Assembly (NCBI GenBank): GCA_964488085.1
Contig: CAZATK010000003.1
Span: 1-38,721, forward strand
Reading direction: 5' to 3'
Length of the DNA: 38,721 bases
DNA from: an uncultured Candidatus Saccharibacteria bacterium
Lineage (GTDB): Bacteria; Patescibacteriota; Minisyncoccia; UBA6257; UBA11618
Position 1 is the first letter of the stretch; each line of letters starts with the position of its first letter. The notes under the pieces are model-generated. The model ran no database searches. It was not told the origin of the DNA and worked only from the letters and a program-made list of their open reading frames with translations. The position numbers and the translations under genes are program-made. Shown piece by piece: positions 26,537 through 34,105 of this stretch.

Positions 26537-28243
26537 ATGGAATCATTAGTCGGTAAATCTAAAGAAGAAATTTTAAAAACACCCATCAATCAACTGGGGC
26601 TTGAAATTACTGGCTCCGAACTTGAACCAGCAATTAAAAAACTTTATTCGGAATTAGATGCGCTGGGAATACAATTTAAACCGCCGACTTATTTAAGCGA
26701 TAGTTGGGGATGTCCAGAGGCAGTGCCTATTATTGGCATCCCCTTTTATCTTGCCAATAAAACTTTATGGGAAATCGAAAAAGAAAAAATCAACATTGAT
26801 CCCGCTAAATCAAAAATTGCCGAGAACATTGAAGAGGTGCAACAAATTCTTCGCCATGAATCCGGACACGCGTTTAACTATGTATATTCTTTATACAAAC
26901 TCCCCCGCTGGAATGAAGTTTTTGGCGTTTATGAAAAACCATACGAAGATAATTTTGCGCCAATAGTTGAAAGCGATAAATTCGTCCGTCATCTTGAAGG
27001 TTGGTACGCTCAAAAACATCCGGATGAAGATTTTGCCGAAACTTTTGCGGTAGTAATAACCCCAGATTTTGACTGGAAAAAGACGTATAAGGGAACTGCC
27101 GCATACGACAAGCTAGTTTATGTTTCAGAATTAATAAAAGAATATCAAACAAAACCAATGCCGGCTTTTGAAAGCGTTCTGGATGTGCCGATTGAATCTC
27201 TAACCATGACATTGGACGAATGGTATAAAAAAAGGTTATTAGCCCTAACGCCTACTGAAAAAATTTTGATTCTTTTTTATCAGGAATATCCCAAAAAAAG
27301 ACCGATACATGACGCAGTTGTTGATCAAGTTAAAGAAGTTCTTTTGGGCCTTAATTATTTTGTTGCCTTGTTGCCCGTTAATCAAAGCATAGAAAAAATT
27401 ATTAATGTTATAAAGCAAGAAAAGCCCGATTTGATTTTTAATCTCTGCGAAACTTTTAGAGATAATGATAAATTTGAATTCAATATAACCGCGCTTTTAG
27501 AGATGATAAAAATCCCTTTTACCGGCTCTGGTTCCGGAAGTATTTTTTTAAGCCACGATAAACATATAAGTAAAAAAATATTTGATTTCCACAAAATACA
27601 GTATCCAAGTTTTTTCTTTGTGCCATTGGGACAAGTTCCGGAAGTTCCTAAAAACATGAAGTTTCCTCTCTTTGTTAAGCCCGTCCATGAAGACGCTTCG
27701 ATTGGCATTGATGAAAATTCTATAGTATTTGATGAAGAATCTTTAAAGAACCGCGTTAAAGAAGTGCATGCAACTATTAAAGATGATGTCTTAGTGGAAG
27801 AATATATAGAAGGAAGAGAGTTTTTTGTTTCTATTTTAGGAAGACATTTGATAAGGCCGTTGGAGGTTGTTGAGTTAGATTTTTCCAAATGGCCAAAAAA
27901 TAAACCAAAAATATACACTTATAAAGCCAAAGTAGAAGAAGATTCGGAAGAATTTAAATCTATTAATCCTAAAATACCCGATGACTTGACTCCAGATATT
28001 AAAAGCAAAATGCAAGACATTGCTTTTAAGGTTTATTTGGCAATGGGAGCGCGCGATTATGCAAGAGTAGATTTGAGAATGGATAAAGATGGCAATCTGT
28101 TTGTTTTAGAAGCCAACTTAAACCCCTATTTAGCAAAAAATTCAGAAACATCGTTTGCGGCTAAAGCTTCGGGACTGGATTATCAACAATTAATCTCTAG
28201 AATAGTTGAGTTTTCTCTTACTAAGCCCGAAACTAAAATATAG
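26537..28243 (+). CDS. fusion protein: N-terminal putative zinc metallopeptidase (HExxH) and C-terminal ATP-grasp ligase (D-Ala-D-Ala ligase/RimK-like)
   Basis: N-terminal HESGHAFNY plus downstream PDEDFAETFA, a pattern I recall from the Peptidase_Mx family. The C-terminal 300 aa carry ATP-grasp features (FPLFVKPVHEDASIGI, VLVEEYIEGREF, ARVDLRMDKDGNLFVLEANLNP). Confidence 0.7.
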   Translation: MESLVGKSKEEILKTPINQLGLEITGSELEPAIKKLYSELDALGIQFKPPTYLSDSWGCPEAVPIIGIPFYLANKTLWEIEKEKINIDPAKSKIAENIEEVQQILRHESGHAFNYVYSLYKLPRWNEVFGVYEKPYEDNFAPIVESDKFVRHLEGWYAQKHPDEDFAETFAVVITPDFDWKKTYKGTAAYDKLVYVSELIKEYQTKPMPAFESVLDVPIESLTMTLDEWYKKRLLALTPTEKILILFYQEYPKKRPIHDAVVDQVKEVLLGLNYFVALLPVNQSIEKIINVIKQEKPDLIFNLCETFRDNDKFEFNITALLEMIKIPFTGSGSGSIFLSHDKHISKKIFDFHKIQYPSFFFVPLGQVPEVPKNMKFPLFVKPVHEDASIGIDENSIVFDEESLKNRVKEVHATIKDDVLVEEYIEGREFFVSILGRHLIRPLEVVELDFSKWPKNKPKIYTYKAKVEEDSEEFKSINPKIPDDLTPDIKSKMQDIAFKVYLAMGARDYARVDLRMDKDGNLFVLEANLNPYLAKNSETSFAAKASGLDYQQLISRIVEFSLTKPETKI

Positions 28244-28245
28244 TT

Positions 28246-28334
28246 AACCCCGTTAGAAGTCTCGCTCGTCCGCCTGAGGCGGACGAGTCCGAAGGACCTT
28301 GGCGAGGATACTTCTAAACGGGGTTGCTTTTTTT
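28246..28334 (+). terminator. branched GC-rich hairpin module with T-run
   Basis: Outer stem aaccccgttagaagt/acttctaaacggggtt encloses ctcgtccgcc-tga-ggcggacgag and tcc-gaa-gga. Followed by gcttttttt. Confidence 0.65.
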
Positions 28335-28387
28335 ATTAAAAGATGGTAGTGTTCCCCTAGTTTGTTGACAGCTTAAAAACGTTTTTT

Positions 28388-29674
28388 TTGTTCCAAGAAA
28401 GGAGCGGCGAGGTGAGAAAAGGTAGAACGCAGGAAGTATTGTCTTGGTTAGATAGTTTGGAAGGCTCGAAAGGGAGCGGAAGCCCTTTTACGCCTTCACC
28501 TGAACTGTTTGAGAAAATCCATAATCAATGGATGGCTGGACGTCCCGACAAAAATGCATTCGTAGTGCATCGTCGAGCCGACCCCGACGAAATAGTTGCG
28601 AGAATTTTACTGATTGTTACCGAAGCAGGACAAAGATTATTGCCAGGCGTAAGTTTTAAAACGCCAGTTTTGTTTACTAACACATCACGAGATTTTGCTG
28701 ATTGCCCAGAGGGCAAGGTGTTTTTGGGAATTGGCGATATTGGATTTAACGAGCACAAATTACCGCCTGAAATTCGAGAAAGCATCTGTTGCGCGGATAT
28801 GACCGCCAAGTACCTAGGAGTTGATCAAGACCTAACATTGTTGCCGCTTATTGAAGCGGCAAAACTAGACGACTTGCACGCTGGCTCTCCTCCCGATTCA
28901 TTAGCTCAAATGATCAAAAGAGCTTATCGGTTGGGAGAAAGCAGTGAAAGTGTAATGAATTGGGCTACGGAAAAATTTGTAGAATGGTACAGGGTTTTAA
29001 GTAGTCAACCAAATAAAGAAGAAGTTTGCCCAGAAGTTCTAGAAGAGTCTTTGTGCGTTGAGGGATATAAATTATTGATAGATAACGAAGAATTTCCGGA
29101 TGTTGAAAAAAATGGGAGTGAGAAAATTAGACGCTCACTATCCTTAACGCCTCCAAGACCCGACTCATTAATTAGAATTATGTTCCGGTCATATGTACTA
29201 AATAAACCAATAGAAGAAGTTCGTCAGTGGGGACAAGAAAGAATCCGACAATGGGAAGAAGATGAACAAAATTCCTCCCATGAAGTTATTCAGCCAGAAT
29301 TGGAAAGATGTGGGGAACTACGCCCTGTAGAAATCGGACACAAAACAGTACTGATTGCTATTATTAGAACCGAAAGATTAAGCAATCAAAAATACAAAGA
29401 ATATGTAGCTAGGTTTACTCGCCGAAGAAAGGGCTGGAATGCCACGGTTACTATTCAAGTTGATGAAAAAGGAAACACACTGATTTTCCCAAATGAAAGT
29501 CATAAAGTAAGATTGGATTCTGTAATTGCCTATTTAATAAATCAAGAAGGCTATATATGGCACGGCCAGTTTAATACTGCTATGAATGGCAGTCTCAAAT
29601 ACGATCAACCGCCCACAAAATTCACCACCGAACAATTAGTAGAAATTGTCTCAAGACTTGCTTGGATAGAATAA
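28388..29674 (+). CDS. GC-rich orphan protein, divergent MYG1/UPF0160-like (DHH-superfamily) hydrolase candidate
   Basis: The likely start is the GTG at 28412, with AAGGAG 7 nt upstream. Three segments compare with the MYG1 family as I recall it:
- VVHRRADPDEIVARILL versus THNGTFHCDEALACALL.
- TSRDFADC...VFLGIGDIGFNEH versus RTRD...CDIVVDVGG...DHH.
- C-terminal IWHGQFNTAMNG versus FVHASGFIGG. Confidence 0.35.
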   Translation: MFQERSGEVRKGRTQEVLSWLDSLEGSKGSGSPFTPSPELFEKIHNQWMAGRPDKNAFVVHRRADPDEIVARILLIVTEAGQRLLPGVSFKTPVLFTNTSRDFADCPEGKVFLGIGDIGFNEHKLPPEIRESICCADMTAKYLGVDQDLTLLPLIEAAKLDDLHAGSPPDSLAQMIKRAYRLGESSESVMNWATEKFVEWYRVLSSQPNKEEVCPEVLEESLCVEGYKLLIDNEEFPDVEKNGSEKIRRSLSLTPPRPDSLIRIMFRSYVLNKPIEEVRQWGQERIRQWEEDEQNSSHEVIQPELERCGELRPVEIGHKTVLIAIIRTERLSNQKYKEYVARFTRRRKGWNATVTIQVDEKGNTLIFPNESHKVRLDSVIAYLINQEGYIWHGQFNTAMNGSLKYDQPPTKFTTEQLVEIVSRLAWIE

Positions 29675-29691
29675 GAAAACGAAATGACAAT

Positions 29692-29718
29692 GACCCGCCG
29701 GAGGCGGGTCATTATTTT
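29692..29718 (+). terminator. rho-independent terminator
   Basis: gacccgcc-gga-ggcgggtc followed by attatttt. Confidence 0.7.
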
Positions 29719-29794
29719 ATAATTAGCTAATAAACAGCAAAAAATATTGTTTCAAAAACCATCTCACAAGCTATAACAAAATCCTTACTTCTCT

Positions 29795-29939
29795 CAACCC
29801 CTTACGGCCACTCCAGCGGTGGCCTCCAGTTCTTCTCGCCACGGCGAAGTTTTTGTTTTAAGGATAATTGTAACAAAAACACCTCGCTCGTGATTCTCTC
29901 GAGAATCACTTCGCTAGCTTCGCCTGCTCGAAAGGTTTC
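29795..29939 (+). repeat. 145-bp structured repeat, left copy of inverted pair
   Basis: Reverse complement of 33921-34065 with 3 substitutions. Contains hairpins ggccac-tccagcg-gtggcc, gtttttgtt-(14 nt)-aacaaaaac and gtgattc-tctcga-gaatcac. Confidence 0.9.
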
Positions 29940-29973
29940 GAGTAAGTAAGGATTTTGTTATATATCACTATTA

Positions 29974-30163
29974 GCCCACACCAGCCGTCTTGAACGAACT
30001 CTTAAACTCCAGCCCTAATAGGCGAATAGCTTTTTAGGCGGGAGCGTAGCGTCCCTAACAGGGCCGCCTAAAAAGCGTAAGCTAATGGAGCGCGGAGGAC
30101 TCCATTAGCTTATGAGTCCTTAGTGGCTGGAGTAAGAAGAGTGAGAGACGGTCTGGTGGGGGC
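29974..30163. ncRNA. candidate structured RNA or nested palindromic element (about 190 nt, four helices)
   Basis: Four helices are visible:
- P1: gcccacaccagccgtct / agacggtctggtgggggc.
- P2: ctctt..actccagcc / ggctggagt..aagag.
- P3: gctttttaggcgg / ccgcctaaaaagc (13 bp, perfect).
- P4: taagctaatggag / ctccattagctta (13 bp, perfect).
Strand is undetermined. No conserved motif of tmRNA, RNase P, SRP or 6S RNA was seen. Confidence 0.3.
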
Positions 30164-30232
30164 GAATCTAGTTTTAGGGGATTTAATAATAATATGTTTT
30201 CAAGACAATATTTTTTGCTATCGAAAAAATTG

Positions 30233-31390
30233 TTAATTACGATGATAAGCGGATTTTCTTAAAACAAACTTTTCGTCTAGTTTTTTTATAGAATCAACTA
30301 TGCCCGTATAAGATAATTCTTGATGAGAAGCCATTGTCACTCCAAAAAATCCTTGACGACGAAATTCTTCTGCCTTCCTTTGAACCTTATGTCTTGTCGC
30401 ATCCCAAGCAACGTTTCCGAAAATATCCACATACTCATCAGAAAATTTTCCATTAACATCCATAGAAAAAGCCAAGCAAGAAACTAACGGTAAACAAAAC
30501 GGACCAGTAACTGGCGTATTAATAGCAACTGGCATAATAGGCATTACGTGAGAACCGCGAGCGTCGCCAGTAACATAATGTCCTAACATATAGGGCTCAA
30601 CACACTCTTCAGGAGCCGGAAAAATTCCTTGTGTTCTTACAAGCGCTATAGGATCATCCTTTCCAGTATATTTACCGGCAATATTATGTAAACGAGTCGC
30701 GGATACCGATACTATTTGCTCGCTTGGTCTATAACGGGAATGAATTGATTCAATGGCATAACGATCCATATCTCGTAAAAGAACCGCGGCCTCCCAAATT
30801 TGCTCTGGAATATTTAAAACAATAACTCTGTCTTCTTCTTGAGATTTATGGTCCATATCAATAATGGTCAAAGTAAAACCTTGATGCAATTTCGGACTTA
30901 GTAAAAGTCCGCCATTGTGCATTGGATCACAAAAAACCTGATACAAGGGCAAATTGTATGCGCCGGGACCACACTTATCAGCCGCGAAAACTAAAAATGC
31001 CTCCACCGGTCGTTCTTTATTTTCTCTATCTCTAACAAAATCTATTTCTGCTACAGCCGGTCCCGCTCCCCTTACATTTCCCGAAGGAGCGTCCACTAAT
31101 AAATCTTGTCCTGCGCCGTAACATCCCTGATTTTCAGCAATGGCTGTTGCTAATTTAAAAACATCCCAAGAAAATTTGTGCACATGAGGCGCTCCGATGC
31201 CCCATTCGTGACTCATGATTAAACAAATATCGTCTCCAGTATATTTTACGATGCCATCAACAAGCAATCCTGTTTCTTTTGCTTTTACTAAAAGCTCACT
31301 TGCCTTATTCATCATTCTTTCTGATGGTTTAGTGTGGCCGCCAATACTGCCAACATCTGCTTTGATTACGGAAATAGTTATATTCTTCAT
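30233..31390 (-). CDS. fbp: bifunctional fructose-1,6-bisphosphate aldolase/phosphatase (class V FBPase)
   Basis: N-terminus ITISVIKADVGSIGGHTKP and a length of 385 aa are typical of the archaeal-type class V enzyme. Confidence 0.88.
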   Translation of the reverse strand: MKNITISVIKADVGSIGGHTKPSERMMNKASELLVKAKETGLLVDGIVKYTGDDICLIMSHEWGIGAPHVHKFSWDVFKLATAIAENQGCYGAGQDLLVDAPSGNVRGAGPAVAEIDFVRDRENKERPVEAFLVFAADKCGPGAYNLPLYQVFCDPMHNGGLLLSPKLHQGFTLTIIDMDHKSQEEDRVIVLNIPEQIWEAAVLLRDMDRYAIESIHSRYRPSEQIVSVSATRLHNIAGKYTGKDDPIALVRTQGIFPAPEECVEPYMLGHYVTGDARGSHVMPIMPVAINTPVTGPFCLPLVSCLAFSMDVNGKFSDEYVDIFGNVAWDATRHKVQRKAEEFRRQGFFGVTMASHQELSYTGIVDSIKKLDEKFVLRKSAYHRN

Positions 31391-31671
31391 CCCGTTAGAG
31401 ATAGGAAACGCTTTAATCTATTTTTTATATAGCGTTTACCCATACCCGATTTTAGATATTTTTCCCTCGACCTTGCATCTTCTTCAATTAAACATGCTTC
31501 ATAATAAATCAATTTATATGGTCCTCGATATTTTGTGTATGTGGATTTCTTAGTATTATGTTGATTAAAGCGTTTCCGTAGATCATTTGTAGATCCTGTA
31601 TACCACTGCTTATTCTTATTTTCTATAACATATGTGTAAAACATAGATGGGTTATCTCTAACGGGATTCAT
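31387..31671 (-). CDS. GIY-YIG nuclease family protein (UPF0213/YhbQ-like)
   Basis: FYTYVIENKNKQWYTGSTNDLRKRFNQHN...YTKYRGPYKLIYYE...REKYLK. Its stop overlaps the fbp start (ATGA). Confidence 0.85.
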   Translation of the reverse strand: MNPVRDNPSMFYTYVIENKNKQWYTGSTNDLRKRFNQHNTKKSTYTKYRGPYKLIYYEACLIEEDARSREKYLKSGMGKRYIKNRLKRFLSLTG

Positions 31672-31738
31672 CTCCTACGCCGTAAATATAATCGCAACTA
31701 CCAATATTGTCCATAGTATGTTATAGAATAATAACAAT

Positions 31739-32782
31739 ATGAAAGAATATACTTGGTGTGAAACAATCAAGAAAATAATGCCGACGGTTGTTACAATCAT
31801 TATTTCTAAAAGTCTAGAATCTCTTGAAAAAGAAATACCCCAAGATTTATTGCCATTAATTTCCCCCGATTCACAATCATTAAATATTCCACCGGAAGCA
31901 ATTGACGCTCACGGCATGGTTAAAATAGGCAGTGGGTCCGGATTTATAGTTGACCCAAAAGGAATTATTTTAACAAACAAACACGTAGTGGCAGATAAAA
32001 ATTCGGAATATACAGTCATTATTGATGACGGAAGAAAATTTAAAACTGAAGTTTTGGCTCGAGATCCTATTGACGACATAGCTATTCTAAAAATTACCGC
32101 AAAAGATCTGCCATTTTTAGAACTGGGCGATTCTTCCACTTTGGAACTGGGACAACCGGTATTGGCCATAGGCAACGCATTGGGCTTATTCAAAAATACG
32201 GTTTCTTCTGGAATTGTTTCCGGACTGGCTCGTTCTATACAGGCGGCTACTGACCCTAAATCAGCCGTACAAGAAATGAGAGGACTTATACAAACTGACG
32301 CCGCTATTAATCCGGGAAACTCTGGCGGACCCTTGGTAACCATAGACGGAATGGTGGTGGGCATAAATGCCGCAGTGGTTTTCGGCGCGCAAAATTTAAG
32401 CTTTTCTATTCCTGTTAATGCCGCCAAAAGAGATTTGGAAGATTTAAAAACTCATGGCCGTATCAAACGACCGTTGTTGGGATTGCGTTATGTTAGCGTG
32501 GATGAAAATCTTAAAGAAAAAATGAAATTGCCCGTAAATTACGGAGCCATTATTTTAGGACAAGGTCCCTTGCATGCTGGAGTTATTCCAAATAGTCCAG
32601 CAGAAAAAGCGGGATTAAAAGTCAAGGATATTGTTTTAGAAATTAATAATGAAAAAATTACAACGGAAAAAACAATTCAAGATTTCTTGGAAGAGTTGTC
32701 TGTTGGAGATGTTTTAAGAGCGAAAGTTTTGCGCGGCAGAAAAGAATTTGAAGTGAAGATAACATTGGTTGAACGTAAATAA
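31739..32782 (+). CDS. HtrA/DegP-family serine protease with PDZ domain
   Basis: Catalytic triad contexts TNKHV, DIAILK and GNSGGPL. C-terminal PDZ domain (PAEKAGLKVKDIVLEINN). Confidence 0.9.
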   Translation: MKEYTWCETIKKIMPTVVTIIISKSLESLEKEIPQDLLPLISPDSQSLNIPPEAIDAHGMVKIGSGSGFIVDPKGIILTNKHVVADKNSEYTVIIDDGRKFKTEVLARDPIDDIAILKITAKDLPFLELGDSSTLELGQPVLAIGNALGLFKNTVSSGIVSGLARSIQAATDPKSAVQEMRGLIQTDAAINPGNSGGPLVTIDGMVVGINAAVVFGAQNLSFSIPVNAAKRDLEDLKTHGRIKRPLLGLRYVSVDENLKEKMKLPVNYGAIILGQGPLHAGVIPNSPAEKAGLKVKDIVLEINNEKITTEKTIQDFLEELSVGDVLRAKVLRGRKEFEVKITLVERK

Positions 32783-32837
32783 TCAACCAATGTTATCCTG
32801 AGCACGTCGAAGGATTACTTTGGTAGAGAGGAAGTAG

Positions 32838-33695
32838 TTAGTATATATAATCACTCACTATAAATCCTTCATTATTTACTAACCTCACAATATCATGATA
32901 GGGGTCTAGAATTGCCCCGCTTCCCCATACATACCATTGATTAGTTAAAAAATCTGGATCGCTTCTGTGTTTTTCAAAACAGCCCCTGTAATTAATTTCT
33001 TTTAATTTTTCAGCGCAAGCAAAATCATTGCCAACTGAATCTTCCGGACCGGGAACCCTGCAGTTTCTAAACGACAGTAAATAGTCCTGACAAATGCCGG
33101 ATAACTCAATAATTTCGCCACGATCTATTGCCGGACAGAGATTCGGCAATGGCGGTTCAAATTTGATTGTGTTCTGCAAATAACCCATACATTTGTTTAT
33201 CAGAAAATTTTTTCCATTAGCGCTGGAATTAGTAAAGATTGAAACCTGATCCTTCGGTTGCAGAATAATATCTGATTCCAAACTTAAACCAAGCGGATCA
33301 TATATTTCAACTGCCTGATTAATATAAAAACTCCCTTTATTGGCTTCTATTTTCCACCCGCTAATATTTACCGGAACATTCCCCTCATTAACTAAAGAAA
33401 CAAAACCGTAATTAGACCCCAAAAAATGACCGCCCGGCCTTAAGCTGGTTATGCGAACTTTTGCCTGCTGATTATTAACAGCGGAAACATTATTCTTATA
33501 TCCCCGATTAATATTAAAAATATTTATAAACTTATCTCTTTTAAAGAAGGTGCCGAAGTTGTTATAAATAAAAACCAAGATAATTATACCAATAACTAAA
33601 ATTGCTAATCCAGAAATCAAGTTCTTCACAATAAGTATTATATCATAAGGTTTTTGTAGCCACACACAAACCCCACCCCACATATCTCTCATCAA
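32838..33695 (-). CDS. membrane-anchored hypothetical protein, possible lamin-tail-like beta-sandwich
   Basis: TM segment (ISGLAILVIGIIILVFIY), then FVSLVNEGNVPVNISGWKIE, which resembles the LTD pattern. Six or more Cys in the C-terminal part. Start is at 33692 or 33683, with a GAGGA SD at 33705-33701. Confidence 0.5.
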   Translation of the reverse strand: MMRDMWGGVCVWLQKPYDIILIVKNLISGLAILVIGIIILVFIYNNFGTFFKRDKFINIFNINRGYKNNVSAVNNQQAKVRITSLRPGGHFLGSNYGFVSLVNEGNVPVNISGWKIEANKGSFYINQAVEIYDPLGLSLESDIILQPKDQVSIFTNSSANGKNFLINKCMGYLQNTIKFEPPLPNLCPAIDRGEIIELSGICQDYLLSFRNCRVPGPEDSVGNDFACAEKLKEINYRGCFEKHRSDPDFLTNQWYVWGSGAILDPYHDIVRLVNNEGFIVSDYIY

Positions 33696-33890
33696 TACCG
33701 TCCTCGGTTAGAATAAATCGGAATGATTATTTTTCTCCGTTGCGCGGAAAAATCGAACTCGCCCTCCGTCCGCCTTCGGCGGACTTCGGAACTCAGACAG
33801 CGATTTTTCCTAAACTACGTCAATAATCATTCTCGATTTATGTACTAACCTCCGAATTAATATTGATTCGAGATATGTGAAGTGGGGTTT
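33668..33890 (-). promoter_or_regulatory. long structured leader or palindromic element enclosing the SD and start codon of the 285-aa gene
   Basis: Nested pairings:
- aaaccccac..catatctc (33668-33688) with gagatatgtgaagtggggttt (33870-33890).
- ggttag..aataaatcg with cgatttat..ctaacc.
- gaatgattatt with aataatcattc.
- ggaaaaatcg with cgatttttcc.
- Apical hairpin gtccgcc-ttc-ggcggac. Confidence 0.35.
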
Positions 33891-33920
33891 ATCTCTAAAC
33901 AAAAGACCATTTGATTTTCG

Positions 33921-34065
33921 GAAACCTTTCGAGCAGGCGAAGCTAGCGAAGTGATTCTCAAGAGAATCACGAGCGAGGTGTTTTTGTTACAATTATCCTT
34001 AAAACAAAAACTTCGCCGTGGCGAGAAGAACTGGAGGCCGCCGCTGGAGCGGCCGTAAGGGGTTG
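33921..34065 (-). repeat. 145-bp structured repeat, right copy of inverted pair
   Basis: See 29795-29939. In hairpin 1 the A-T pair of the left copy is replaced here by G-C (ggccGctccagcggCggcc). Confidence 0.9.
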
Positions 34066-34105
34066 GAGAAAATTAAATGGTGTTTTGTTTATGTATAAAT
34101 GATAC

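Noticed and set aside
28388-30163. TnpB/IscB-plus-omega-RNA or IS110-plus-bridge-RNA interpretation of the 428-aa ORF with its downstream structured RNA.
   Set aside because: The protein lacks RuvC D/E/D motifs, the C-terminal CxxC zinc finger of TnpB and the DEDD/Ser motifs of IS110. It aligns better at motif level with MYG1/UPF0160.
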